Below are positions 27,441 to 36,766 of a stretch of 64,000 nucleotides of DNA, one piece after another. A model generated the notes under the pieces. The model saw only the letters and a list, made by a program, of their open reading frames with translations, was not told where the DNA came from and did no database searches. Within the stretch, counting starts at the first letter, position 1, and every line of letters begins with the position of its first letter. The translations under genes were made by a program, and so were the position numbers. The DNA lies in contig JAFOFC010000052.1 of the NCBI GenBank assembly GCA_017387515.1, positions 2,773 to 66,772 on the forward strand, given 5' to 3'. The DNA is from Paludibacteraceae bacterium. Lineage in GTDB: Bacteria; Bacteroidota; Bacteroidia; Bacteroidales; Paludibacteraceae.

Positions 27441-28169
27441 TTAATACTGTACATCGGTAAGATAGAGCCCGTGGGCGGGGGCAGAGGTGCCGGCTTGGCA
27501 GCGGTCTTTGCTTTCGATGATGCGCTTAAAATCGTCAATGGTGATTTTTTGCGTGCCTACTTGCAGTAGGGTGCCCACAATGGCACGTACCATGTTGCGT
27601 AAGAATCGGTTCGCTGTAATGGTAAATACCCATCGGTTGTCCGAAACTTGCGTCCATAGGGCATGTGTAATGGTGCAGTTGTTGGTTTTAACGTCGGTAT
27701 GTAGTTTGCTAAAGCTGGTAAAATCGATGTAATCAAACAGGGTGGCAGCCGCTTGGTTCATTAAATCAAAACGGATGTTGGGTTGTACTTGCAAACTTTG
27801 CGTGTTGATAAACGCGTCTTTGTGCGTGTGTACGTGGTATTCGTAGGTGCGCGAAAGGGCGTCGAAGCGGGCATGTAAATCGTTTTCGACGGGTTCTATT
27901 TTAAATACGGCAATGTCGGCAGGTAAGTACACATTGAGGCGTTTGGTAAGGTGTTCTGCATCCAACGTGCTTTCGGTATCAAAATGGGCAGTCATGTAGC
28001 GGGCGTGTACGCCAGCATCGGTACGTCCTGCGCCTGTTAAGGCAATGGGCGTGCGCATGAGCGTACTCATGGCATCTTCTAATACCTGTTGTATGCTAAT
28101 GCCATTGGGTTGGCGTTGCCATCCATGGTAGTTTGCACCGTTGTATTGAAAATAGATAAAATACCGCAT
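27441..28169 (-). CDS. truA: tRNA pseudouridine(38-40) synthase
   Basis: 242-aa ORF with YNGANYHGWQRQPN, GAGRTDAGVHA (catalytic Asp) and FLRNMVRAIVGTL. Confidence 0.9.
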   Translation of the reverse strand: MRYFIYFQYNGANYHGWQRQPNGISIQQVLEDAMSTLMRTPIALTGAGRTDAGVHARYMTAHFDTESTLDAEHLTKRLNVYLPADIAVFKIEPVENDLHARFDALSRTYEYHVHTHKDAFINTQSLQVQPNIRFDLMNQAAATLFDYIDFTSFSKLHTDVKTNNCTITHALWTQVSDNRWVFTITANRFLRNMVRAIVGTLLQVGTQKITIDDFKRIIESKDRCQAGTSAPAHGLYLTDVQY

Positions 28170-28194
28170 TTGTATGTTGCTTGTTAACTCCTAA

Positions 28195-28270
28195 TTATTC
28201 GCTTCGCTCATGATTTCAGGCATCGCCTCAGCATAACCAAACAAGTTTGTTTCTGCATTCGGCTCGCACT
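28195..28270 (+). repeat. intergenic ~75-bp mosaic module, copy A
   Basis: TTATTCGCTTCGCTCATGATTTCAGGCATCGCCTCAGCATAACCAAACAAGTTTGTTTCTGCATTCGGCTCGCAC. It contains the palindrome CAAAC-AA-GTTTG at 28238-28249. Confidence 0.7.
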
Positions 28271-28272
28271 GA

Positions 28273-28305
28273 AACTCCTAATTCCTAACTCCTAACTCCT
28301 AACTT
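28273..28305. repeat. 8-bp microsatellite array (AACTCCTA units)
   Basis: AACTCCTAATTCCTAACTCCTAACTCCTAACTT, immediately 3' of the pdxB stop codon. Confidence 0.8.
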
Positions 28306-29256
28306 TTAATAAACTATATTATCCCTCCTTATTGGATAATGGTTTCTAAAACTTTCAAAAAGTTCGGGATGGGCTTTAAGCGCATCGCTTTCGGCTTGAA
28401 CGCAATAGGGAATGCCTTTCTGCCCAGGAACTTCTATGGTAATTGTTTTTTGGATGCCGAAAAACTGACAAACGGCCTCTGCTGCCATGCGGGTGCCATT
28501 GGCCTTGCCATCTACCGAATAGCCAGCTATGTGTGGGGTGCCTATCTTTACCTTATTTAATAAAGGTAGCGAAATATTCGGTTCGTTTTCCCAACAATCT
28601 AGTACCACATCTCCGCTATAATTCAATAAGGCTTGTGTTTGGCAAACTTCGCCCCTTGCTGCATTGATAATAAGTGGATTATGCTTACATGCTTGTAGAA
28701 AAGAGGTGTTTACTAGGTGGTGCGTCTCGCTACTTAGTGGTACATGAAAGGTAATGATATCGCATTTTTCTTGCAACTCGCTTATTGTTTTAAACGGTAT
28801 GTTGGGTTCGTTAAGAGCCCTTGGCGGGTCGTTTAGTAATACCCTCATGCCTAACGATGTTGCCATTTTTGCCACTCGGCTACCTACGTTTCCAACTCCT
28901 ACTATCCCCAGGGTTTTATCGGCCAAATGGGTAGGGTATAAGGTGGTTAGTACGGCATGTATGTAATTTACTACGCTGTTGGCATTGCATCCAGGGCAAT
29001 TGGTCCAGGTAATGCCTTGTTGGGCGCAGTATTGGGTATCAATGTGGTCGTATCCAATGGTAGCGGTGGCTATAAATTTTACCTTGCTTCCTTCTAATAA
29101 GGCTTGGTTACAGTGGGTGCGTGTACGGATAATCAGTGCATCGGCATCTTTTACTGCTTGGGCGTCGATGTGGGTGGGCGCAAGGTATTCCACTTGCGCT
29201 ACATCATCCAAAAGTCCTCTTAAAAAGGGTATGTAGGCATCGGCAACGATTTTCAT
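28306..29256 (-). CDS. pdxB: 4-phosphoerythronate dehydrogenase (D-2-hydroxyacid dehydrogenase family)
   Basis: 316-aa ORF colinear with PdxB: MKIVADAYIPF...DADALIIRTRT...FIATATIGYDHID...GIVGVGNVGSR...ITFHVPL...INAARGEV...GTPHIAGYSVDGK. Confidence 0.8.
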   Translation of the reverse strand: MKIVADAYIPFLRGLLDDVAQVEYLAPTHIDAQAVKDADALIIRTRTHCNQALLEGSKVKFIATATIGYDHIDTQYCAQQGITWTNCPGCNANSVVNYIHAVLTTLYPTHLADKTLGIVGVGNVGSRVAKMATSLGMRVLLNDPPRALNEPNIPFKTISELQEKCDIITFHVPLSSETHHLVNTSFLQACKHNPLIINAARGEVCQTQALLNYSGDVVLDCWENEPNISLPLLNKVKIGTPHIAGYSVDGKANGTRMAAEAVCQFFGIQKTITIEVPGQKGIPYCVQAESDALKAHPELFESFRNHYPIRRDNIVY

Positions 29257-29259
29257 GGT

Positions 29260-31476
29260 TTAGTCGTTTAGGCGTTTAGTCGTTGAGTCGATTCTCGATG
29301 CTAAATCAATATCATTGTTTACTGTAATCGTATCGGGTAGTAAGGTGCTGTCATTCAGCATGATGCTGTCGCTAAATAGGATACTGTCGTTTAGCAATGT
29401 GCTGTCTGTAGGTAGACTTAATAGCAAGGGCGATGGTTTAACATATTGCACGCTTACCAATTGTTCGGGCTCGCCAAAGGTTAATTCGTCTAGTAAATAG
29501 GCACCCTCGCCTTGTTCTAGTAAAAATACCAAGTACTGAATATCACTTACCAAGGTGCGTTGATAGGCGGCATCGTACATATAGGTGTTGTAGGCAGCTT
29601 CGGGGTTGGTTTGGCTCATAATACCCAATAATTCGCCGTGTACGTTGTATACAGCCTGGCCCATGCGGCCATTGGGGGCATCGCAGGTAGTGTAAAAATC
29701 GGTGTAAATGGTATCGGTTGTAAGTGCCTGTGTATAAATACTATCTAGTGTAGGCAGTGGATCGTATAAATACGAAACCTGATTACGTTGATTAAGGGTG
29801 GCAAAAGCATCAATGCGAATACCATTGTTTAGTTCGTATCCTTTAATGGTACCAAATCCTAAGCGTAGGGTGTAATTGGCATCGGGTAGTACCAACGTGC
29901 TGTCTTTTTGGTATAGCCCCGCACGGTACAAGCGCTTAGAACGTTCTATGCTGGTATTGTGTTGTGCATATAGCAAATAATGCAAGCGTTGGCGTTGCTT
30001 AAATTGTTTGGCCATGGCAAGGAATGGGTCGCTTTCGCGTTGCTTTTCGGTAGGGTTATCTAGGTATTTAGTAAATCGTTTTTCGTTGGTAATAAACGAT
30101 TTTTTAAATACATAATCAACGTATTTTTGGGTATTTCCTTTGTATTTTTTGTCGATAATGCTATAAAATTCTGGAAAATACGTGGTGTCGCAAACCGTTC
30201 TGTAATAGTCGATTACTTGGGTAAACCAAGGTTTTTCTGTATCTTCTTGGTATTGTTGGTACAGTTGACTAATTTGTCGCAGCGTGATGGCTTCGTTTTC
30301 GTTGTTCATATCCAATAAGAGCAAAGCAATTTTTAGGGTAGTTACGTGCTCTGCTAGTGTGCTATGAATACGATATTGCTCTAAATGCGGACGCCTATTG
30401 GTGTAGGTATTGTGCAACAAGGGTAGTAGGTTGCCGTAGCGCAATGCCGTTTCAAAATGGGGGTGGTTGGCTGCCCAATAGGTAAAATCTTGTTCTTGTT
30501 GGTGCTTTAGTTGCATCAGTTGCATGCGCTCTAAGATACGACGATGGTTAGCCATGGCATCTATAGTGGCTTGCTTTTGAATGGGCTGATGTTGTGCAAT
30601 GAATTGCCAAACTGTGGTCTGAATGCTATCGTCAGCCCATTGTTCAGCTAGTTCGTCGGTTAGTAAATAACGGTTGGTTGCGTTGGGGTAACCTAAATAG
30701 AACACGGGATCGCCTATACGTTTAGGCGTTTCTGCTATCGTGGCGTGCGATAGGTGCTGTGCGGGCTGATTAAACGTAGAATAAGCCGCTGGGGTGTTGT
30801 CGCGGGCGGTGTAAATGCGCAGTAAGCAAAAATCGGCCAACTGGCGTTGGGTGGCCCATGGGGTTTGTAAGGTGCTAGTAGCTAAATAGTGCTGAGGTAC
30901 ATAAACCAATCTAAGGTCGTCGTATCGGGTGTACTCGTATAAAAAATAGTGCTCGTTGCTGTTTTTTTCTATTTGAACAATGTTGCCAGGTTTGCTGGGA
31001 TAACTTAGGTAAATAGATTGGCAGATAGAGTCAACTTGTTGTTTTCTAATGCCCTCGTTGTAATGGTCGGTGATGCCTTGCATAACCTGGTCGGTTACAT
31101 CAACGGTGCGTTTAAGTTGTAAGGCATACAGGTTGCTAAGTGGAATTTCATCGTTAGGCGATAGGGCGGTAAAGCCCTTTTTAAGGCTGTCTGATTGCTC
31201 TATAAACGATGCAAACGGGGTATAATTGGTAAGTAGTAATCCTTCTGACGATAAAATAATGCCGCTGTGTCCGTTAGAAAGATATACTACTTGATCTTTT
31301 AACGAACTGTCTTGCTCGCTATAAATGTCTTCTGCTTCTAACTCGCCGCCTGCCTCGTCTATTAGGGCAAATAGCGAGTCGGGTATGGCGGTGGGTAACC
31401 ACATTCCTTGGTTAGCCAAAATAATGTTACAGGCTAATAAACAAATAGTTAGGATGTATGCTTTAATTTTTTGCAT
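29260..31476 (-). CDS. peptidase S46 (DPP7/DPP11-like) homologue with a substituted catalytic His and Ser; a likely pseudo-peptidase
   Basis: I prefer the start at the ATG at 31476 (MQKIKAYILTICLLACNIILANQGMWLP; signal peptide plus the S46 GMWL motif). The protein is colinear with S46 throughout (SLKDQVVYL..GLLLTN; LADFCLLRIY; LPDANYTLRLGFGTIKGY; GELLGI; DIQYLVFLL). The positions of TNHHC and GGNSGSP read TNYTP (31216-31230) and NGRMGQA (about 29651-29682). Confidence 0.7.
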   Translation of the reverse strand: MQKIKAYILTICLLACNIILANQGMWLPTAIPDSLFALIDEAGGELEAEDIYSEQDSSLKDQVVYLSNGHSGIILSSEGLLLTNYTPFASFIEQSDSLKKGFTALSPNDEIPLSNLYALQLKRTVDVTDQVMQGITDHYNEGIRKQQVDSICQSIYLSYPSKPGNIVQIEKNSNEHYFLYEYTRYDDLRLVYVPQHYLATSTLQTPWATQRQLADFCLLRIYTARDNTPAAYSTFNQPAQHLSHATIAETPKRIGDPVFYLGYPNATNRYLLTDELAEQWADDSIQTTVWQFIAQHQPIQKQATIDAMANHRRILERMQLMQLKHQQEQDFTYWAANHPHFETALRYGNLLPLLHNTYTNRRPHLEQYRIHSTLAEHVTTLKIALLLLDMNNENEAITLRQISQLYQQYQEDTEKPWFTQVIDYYRTVCDTTYFPEFYSIIDKKYKGNTQKYVDYVFKKSFITNEKRFTKYLDNPTEKQRESDPFLAMAKQFKQRQRLHYLLYAQHNTSIERSKRLYRAGLYQKDSTLVLPDANYTLRLGFGTIKGYELNNGIRIDAFATLNQRNQVSYLYDPLPTLDSIYTQALTTDTIYTDFYTTCDAPNGRMGQAVYNVHGELLGIMSQTNPEAAYNTYMYDAAYQRTLVSDIQYLVFLLEQGEGAYLLDELTFGEPEQLVSVQYVKPSPLLLSLPTDSTLLNDSILFSDSIMLNDSTLLPDTITVNNDIDLASRIDSTTKRLND
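29320..29409 (-). repeat. in-frame 18-nt tandem repeat (5 units) in the C-terminal tail of the S46-like protein
   Basis: It encodes TDSTLL-NDSILF-SDSIML-NDSTLL-PDTITV. Downstream, 29261-29292 holds the 8-mer array TAGTCGTT TAGGCGTT TAGTCGTT GAGTCGAT. Confidence 0.75.
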
Positions 31477-31515
31477 AATGTTATTCTTGAACATGCAAAA
31501 ATAGTGATTTTTTTG

Positions 31516-31523
31516 TAGTTTTG
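31516..31523 (+). promoter_or_regulatory. putative -7 promoter box (TAGTTTTG)
   Basis: It lies 10 nt upstream of the ATG at 31533, which would give a very short leader. Confidence 0.25.
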
Positions 31524-31532
31524 TACGCAACT

Positions 31533-33404
31533 ATGGTAAGTTATTTGCAAATAGAAGGATTGACAAAACGTTTTGGTGCTACGCTGATGTACCAAGATGT
31601 TAGTATGGAGTTGTCGGAGGGGCAACGAGTGGCAATCGTGGCTAAAAATGGAGCGGGTAAAACCACGTTGCTTAATATCATTGCAGGAAAAGAACCTTAC
31701 GAGGCTGGGCTTATTACCTTTAGGAACGATTTGCGTATAGCTTATCTGGATCAAAATCCCACGTACCCAGCGCATTATACGGTATTAGAAGCATTTTGTT
31801 CGGTGCCCAATCAAATGGCCAATTTAATTGCCCGTTACGAGGCGTTGTTGGCAAAGGGCGAGGCTGTGTATCAAACCGACGAGTTTCAGCAGGTGCTTAC
31901 CGAAATGGACCACCACAAGGCATGGGAATACGAGCAACGTGCCAAACAAATTTTGTCCAAACTTAATATTACCGATTTTAATCAGCAGGTAGCTACTTTA
32001 TCGGGTGGGCAGTTAAAACGTTTAGCCTTGGCCAATGCGTTGATTAGTGAACCCGATTTGTTGATTCTGGACGAACCTACCAACCACTTGGATTTAGAAA
32101 TGACAGAGTGGTTAGAAGATTATCTAAATAAATCGTCGCTTACGTTACTGATGGTTACCCACGATAGGTATTTTTTAGACCGTGTTTGTACCGAAATTAT
32201 AGAGATAGATAACCAACAACTGTATCGTTACAAGGGTAATTACTCGTATTATTTAGAAAAACACCAAGAGCGTGATGAACAGCGCAATGCCGAACTAGCT
32301 CGTGCTAACAACTTGTTTCGTAAAGAGTTAGATTGGATGCGTAGGCAACCACAAGCCCGTGGTACCAAAGCAAAAAGTAGAATAGACGATTTTTATAAGT
32401 TGCAAGATAAGGTGCGCCAAAAAACCACCGATGGGCAAGTGCGTTTAGAAGTTAAATCGGCTTATTTAGGTTCTAAAATCTTCGAGGCGCAATACATTTG
32501 CAAATCATTTGGCGAAAAACGCATTTTAAAAGACTTTTACTACCAATTTAGTAAGGGCGAAAAAATGGGCATAGTGGGTGCTAATGGAACCGGAAAATCT
32601 ACCTTTGTAAAGTTACTATTAGGTTTGGTAAAACCCGATAGCGGTGCTTTTGATATTGGCGAAACGGTAAAATTTGGTTACTACAGCCAAGAAGGATTGC
32701 AGTTTAACGACCAAATGAAAGTGATAGATGTGGTGCGCGATATTGCCGAAGAAATAGATTTAGGTGGTGGTAAACGCCTATCGGCATCGCAGTTTTTAAC
32801 GCACTTTTTGTTTACGCCCGAAACACAAAACAACTACGTGTATAAGTTGAGTGGGGGCGAAAGACGTCGCTTGCATTTGTGCACCGTGTTGATGCAAAAT
32901 CCTAACTTTTTGGTGCTAGACGAACCTACCAACGATTTAGACATTGTAACGCTTAACTTGCTTGAAGAATATTTGCAAACTTTTGCCGGATGTGTAATTG
33001 TGGTGTCGCACGACCGCTACTTTATGGATAAGGTGGTAGACCATCTATTGGTGTTTAAAGGCGATGCACAGGTGCAAGATTTTCCGGGCAACTACACCGA
33101 TTATCGTTTTTGGCGCGAAGAACAGGCAAAAGTAAAAGCCCAAGAAAAAAAGAAGGTTGTGGTAGAGGTGGTAGCTCCTAAAACGGAACATAAACGCAAA
33201 TTAACCTATGCTGAGCAGCAAGAATTTAAGCAATTAGAAAACGAAATAGCCCAATTGGAAGCCGAAAAATCAGCCTTAGAAGAGGCGTTTGCCAGTGGTA
33301 ATTTAACATCCGATGAACTGCAAGCAAAGGCGGCTCGCATGAACGAACTATTGCCCTTGTTAGACCAAAAAGAAATGCGATGGCTCGAATTGTCGGAAGT
33401 GTAA
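31533..33404 (+). CDS. ABC-F family ATPase (Uup/EttA-like translation factor type)
   Basis: Two ABC cassettes (GAGKTTLLNIIAG, LSGGQLKRLALA, LILDEPTNHLD; GANGTGKSTFVKLL, LSGGERRRLHL, LVLDEPTNDLD) and a C-terminal coiled coil, with no TM domain. I prefer the ATG at 31533 (MVSYLQIEGL...) over the TTG at 31521. Confidence 0.9.
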   Translation: MVSYLQIEGLTKRFGATLMYQDVSMELSEGQRVAIVAKNGAGKTTLLNIIAGKEPYEAGLITFRNDLRIAYLDQNPTYPAHYTVLEAFCSVPNQMANLIARYEALLAKGEAVYQTDEFQQVLTEMDHHKAWEYEQRAKQILSKLNITDFNQQVATLSGGQLKRLALANALISEPDLLILDEPTNHLDLEMTEWLEDYLNKSSLTLLMVTHDRYFLDRVCTEIIEIDNQQLYRYKGNYSYYLEKHQERDEQRNAELARANNLFRKELDWMRRQPQARGTKAKSRIDDFYKLQDKVRQKTTDGQVRLEVKSAYLGSKIFEAQYICKSFGEKRILKDFYYQFSKGEKMGIVGANGTGKSTFVKLLLGLVKPDSGAFDIGETVKFGYYSQEGLQFNDQMKVIDVVRDIAEEIDLGGGKRLSASQFLTHFLFTPETQNNYVYKLSGGERRRLHLCTVLMQNPNFLVLDEPTNDLDIVTLNLLEEYLQTFAGCVIVVSHDRYFMDKVVDHLLVFKGDAQVQDFPGNYTDYRFWREEQAKVKAQEKKKVVVEVVAPKTEHKRKLTYAEQQEFKQLENEIAQLEAEKSALEEAFASGNLTSDELQAKAARMNELLPLLDQKEMRWLELSEV

Positions 33405-33470
33405 AACTGTTGCTTGTCGCTTGTTACTCATTGCTTTAACTATTAGAAACTTAACCTTTTATAAAATGAT

Positions 33471-34766
33471 ATGAAAAAAACATGCTTATTTTTACTAGGC
33501 TTATGCCTAATAGGATTTTGTGCTTGTGCCACTCCCGATGAGCCCAATGCACCCGATGATCCTACTAATCCTGATACGCCATCAGATCCGTCAGATCCAT
33601 CAAAGCCAGATGGTCCGCTTCCTCCTGTTGCAGAAAAATTTGTGGTAACCATTCAAGATGACATAGTGGGTGGTACGGTTTCTGTTTACGCCAATGGCGA
33701 GGCGGTTACATCAGAAACACGTTTAGACCCAAAAACCATGGTAACGGTGGTGATGATTCCCGATGATGACCATATTTTAACGGGATCAAACATTGCCAAA
33801 GGTTGTGCTGCGCGCGACTCGTTTAAATTAACTAAGGATACCGTGGTACGCCCTGTGTTTGAAACAATTGTAGCAGATATTCCTTCTAAAACTCATACCA
33901 TTTGCAATTACAATATTCGTTTTTATAATGGAAGTAACGACGAACATAATACAGAAGGACGATCGTGGTTGGTGCGCAAAGAAAAAGTGTTTGAGATGAT
34001 TACTTCGCACAATATGGATGTATGCGGATTAGAAGAAGTTACAAGGAACCAAACGTCTGATATAATAACCACGTTAACCGATTATGAATATGTAGGGTAT
34101 GGTAGGGATAATGGAAAAGAAAATAGCGCAAAAGGCAGTGGCGAGCAAACGGGTATGTTATATAAAAAATCTAAATACGTTAAGTTAGATCAAGGTAGAT
34201 TCTTCTTGTCAAAAACGCCACATAAGGTTAGTAAATTATCGGATAGTTCTTATAATCGTTTGGTAATGTGGGTAAAACTTAAGGTGCGTGGTACCGATGA
34301 GGTGTTCTATTTCTTTGCTACTCACTTTGACCATAATTACAAACAAAAAAACATAGATGTACGTTCGGCACAAGCCGATATTGCCATAAATATGGTGCCA
34401 CAAATTGCCGGTGAATATCCTTATTTCTTTGTAGGTGATTTTAATTGTGAAATTACCGAGCCTGCATACGATAAACTGTCAACGTTTTGGACCGATGCCT
34501 TTGTAGCGATGGGCGATGAAGTTCAAGGTGGTTACTTGTGTAACGACGAACAACAAACGGCTTATCCTACCCAATGCGAATGGCCAGGTAATACCTATAC
34601 CGGTTTGTATAGTTCTAGTGATAAATCGCCCAAACGCATCGACTTAGTGCTATTTGACGATGCCCGTGCTACGGTAAGTTCGTACATGGCCGATAACGAT
34701 AACTTGGGCTTGGAACTGTATCCATCCGACCACTTGCCCGTTATTACAGAAATGGAGTTTAAGTAA
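33471..34766 (+). CDS. endonuclease/exonuclease/phosphatase (EEP) family lipoprotein
   Basis: 431-aa ORF with a lipobox (LIGFCAC) and a Pro/Asp-rich linker PDEPNAPDDPTNPDTPSDPSDPSKPDGPLPP, followed by a beta-rich domain. EEP motifs are present: CGLEEV, ATHFDH, VGDFNC and SDHLPV. Confidence 0.75.
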   Translation: MKKTCLFLLGLCLIGFCACATPDEPNAPDDPTNPDTPSDPSDPSKPDGPLPPVAEKFVVTIQDDIVGGTVSVYANGEAVTSETRLDPKTMVTVVMIPDDDHILTGSNIAKGCAARDSFKLTKDTVVRPVFETIVADIPSKTHTICNYNIRFYNGSNDEHNTEGRSWLVRKEKVFEMITSHNMDVCGLEEVTRNQTSDIITTLTDYEYVGYGRDNGKENSAKGSGEQTGMLYKKSKYVKLDQGRFFLSKTPHKVSKLSDSSYNRLVMWVKLKVRGTDEVFYFFATHFDHNYKQKNIDVRSAQADIAINMVPQIAGEYPYFFVGDFNCEITEPAYDKLSTFWTDAFVAMGDEVQGGYLCNDEQQTAYPTQCEWPGNTYTGLYSSSDKSPKRIDLVLFDDARATVSSYMADNDNLGLELYPSDHLPVITEMEFK

Positions 34767-34792
34767 TATAAACCACTTGGTACTTTTCCTGT

Positions 34793-34813
34793 CGGTCCCT
34801 GAGCTTGTCGAGT
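34793..34813 (+). repeat. conserved-loop hairpin repeat, copy 4 (truncated)
   Basis: TCGG-T-CCC TGAGCTTGTCGAG without a complementary right arm. It is followed by a partial mosaic module at 34811-34870. Confidence 0.5.
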
Positions 34814-34904
34814 TTCTTGAGCAGCGAGAGCAGAAGCAATGCTTGCATTGATTATGCCGAGTCGCAAAAGAAATATTCAAGGGCCCGATAGGAACAATAT
34901 TCAA

Positions 34905-36443
34905 CTAAAATATACTTTTGTCCGCTTTATAGGCAGGACTTTGAACGTCTAAGAATTTGAGCACACTATGAAAAACGTAGTGTTGGTCAATTTCTTGGAC
35001 GTTTTTAATTTTTCTGTTGGCCGATGAAGTCCATACGATAAACGGAATTTCGTACTGCTCACGGGGTGCCATGGCCATGGGTACGCCGTGCATATACAGC
35101 CCACCTTCGCCTAGTGATTCGCCATGGTCAGATACGTAGAGCAAGGCCGTTTCAAATGTGCTAACCGATTTTAATTGATCAATGACATTGTGCAGTAGGT
35201 AATCGGTGTATACAATGGTATTGTCGTAGGCGTTGAGCAGTTCTTGGTGGGTACAATGCGCTAATTCTACTTGATTGCAAACAGGTGTAAAGGTCTCAAA
35301 TTCAGCAGGGTATTTTTTGTTGTACTCGGGTCCATGGCTGGTGCTAGTGTGCAACACAATCAATACTTTGTTGCTGTTGCTTTGTTCTATTGCCTTGGTT
35401 AATTGAGGCAGTAGCATGTGGTCGTAGTTGCAATATTCGGTGCAACCTTGTTGCAATGCCGTGGCGTTGTAATATTTTTGGATGTGTACAGGCGGTTCGC
35501 CCCAATTGGTGCTGCGCCAAGTAACATCCACCCCTGTGCGGTATAAGTAGTTAGGTAAAATTTCGTACAAATCATCGCTTTCTTGGCTGTCTAAAATGGC
35601 TTTTACGCCTGCGGTGGTGTAGGTGGCATTGGATTTAGCCAGCAGTGCCGTAATGTTGGGGGTGTTTGTTAGTAATGGATTGGTGTTTCGGCTGTATCCA
35701 TATAGTGAGAAATGATCACGTCGAGCCGATTCGCCAATTACCAAAACCAAGGCTTTTTTGCTGTTGTCGGTAATGACGGCATCGGGCAATAAAATTTCTT
35801 TGGCATTGGCTTTTTTTTGCTGATTGTACCATCTAATGGAATTAACGGTGTAAGACCAAGGTAGTAATAATGAGCCAATTACCGGTGCGTGTTTGTCTAT
35901 CCATGTAAAATTTTTGGTATTGCCACCTGCTACCAATAAAATGCTGCCAATGGTAATGCCTAAAGTGGCAAAAAAGCGTTTAAACCCACCCGTTTTTACC
36001 TTAACGGCGAATATATAAAGGGTAGGAAGTATGCCCAATACCAACCCATAACCCAGCATCGCCCACGAAAAGAATCCCGAAGCCTCGCTGTACTGCGTAT
36101 TCCAAAAGTTACCCATCATGGTATCGTCCAACATGACGTTGTACGTATTGATAAAATACAAACTCATGGCGTTGCACATAAAAAAGGCGGCAACCAGTAT
36201 TTTACCAATCAATCCACCCAAAAATAGCAGCAAGGTAAATGCCAAAAAGTTGGCAAGGAACATAATGAGCACTAGGCTTAGTACGATAAAAAAACTATTC
36301 CACCCGCTTGATATATTGTCTAAAACATATTGGTAAAACGGAGCATGAAATAGTATTACGTTTAGCAAACTAAGGGTAGAAGCAAATGTAGTTAATTTTT
36401 GCTCTTTAAGGGCATTTATGATGTTTTGTATGCTTGCATTCAT
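34905..36443 (-). CDS. phosphoethanolamine transferase (EptA/sulfatase-like, membrane)
   Basis: Five N-terminal TM helices and then a sulfatase-type domain: LVIGESARRDHFSLYGYSRNTNP, HTSTSHGPEY and SDHGESLGEGGLYMHG. I prefer the ATG at 36443 (MNASIQNI...), which removes the overlap with the upstream gene. Confidence 0.8.
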   Translation of the reverse strand: MNASIQNIINALKEQKLTTFASTLSLLNVILFHAPFYQYVLDNISSGWNSFFIVLSLVLIMFLANFLAFTLLLFLGGLIGKILVAAFFMCNAMSLYFINTYNVMLDDTMMGNFWNTQYSEASGFFSWAMLGYGLVLGILPTLYIFAVKVKTGGFKRFFATLGITIGSILLVAGGNTKNFTWIDKHAPVIGSLLLPWSYTVNSIRWYNQQKKANAKEILLPDAVITDNSKKALVLVIGESARRDHFSLYGYSRNTNPLLTNTPNITALLAKSNATYTTAGVKAILDSQESDDLYEILPNYLYRTGVDVTWRSTNWGEPPVHIQKYYNATALQQGCTEYCNYDHMLLPQLTKAIEQSNSNKVLIVLHTSTSHGPEYNKKYPAEFETFTPVCNQVELAHCTHQELLNAYDNTIVYTDYLLHNVIDQLKSVSTFETALLYVSDHGESLGEGGLYMHGVPMAMAPREQYEIPFIVWTSSANRKIKNVQEIDQHYVFHSVLKFLDVQSPAYKADKSIF

Positions 36444-36451
36444 GGATTTGG

Positions 36452-36766
36452 TTATAACATGCCTAATTCTAGCAGGGCTTCTTCGCTCATGCGGCTGCGG
36501 TCCCATTCGGGTTCAAAAACCAAGTTGACTTTTACGCTTTTTACACCCTCTACGCTGGCTACTTTTTGCTCAACATCTTCTACAATAAAGTCGGCCATGG
36601 GGCACGAAGGAGCCGTTAAGGTCATATCAATGTTTACGTTTTGCTCTTCGTCAATGTTTAGTTCGTAAATAAGGCCTAAATCGTATACATTTACCGGAAT
36701 TTCGGGGTCGTATACGGTTTTAAGCATGGTAACAATTTTTTCTTCTAGGGCTAAAAATTCGTTCAT
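36452..36766 (-). CDS. DUF59 / SufT-like Fe-S cluster assembly protein
   Basis: 104-aa ORF with VYDPEIPVNVYDLGLIYE...MTLTAPSCPMADFI...VKVNLVFEPEWD. Confidence 0.75.
   Translation of the reverse strand: MNEFLALEEKIVTMLKTVYDPEIPVNVYDLGLIYELNIDEEQNVNIDMTLTAPSCPMADFIVEDVEQKVASVEGVKSVKVNLVFEPEWDRSRMSEEALLELGML

Noticed and set aside
31449-31775. A 108-aa minus-strand ORF bridging the S46-like start region and the ABC-F gene, together with the longer 756-aa S46 start at 31530.
   Set aside because: The ORF is antisense to the well-supported ABC-F N-terminus. The extra 18 N-terminal codons of the S46 ORF precede a clear signal peptide that starts at the ATG at 31476.
34905-36506. The 533-aa version of the PEtN transferase starting at 36506.
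   Set aside because: The first 21 codons (MGPQPHERRSPARIRHVITKS) overlap the end of the upstream DUF59 gene and are not membrane-protein-like. The ATG at 36443 gives a clean 8-nt intergenic spacing.
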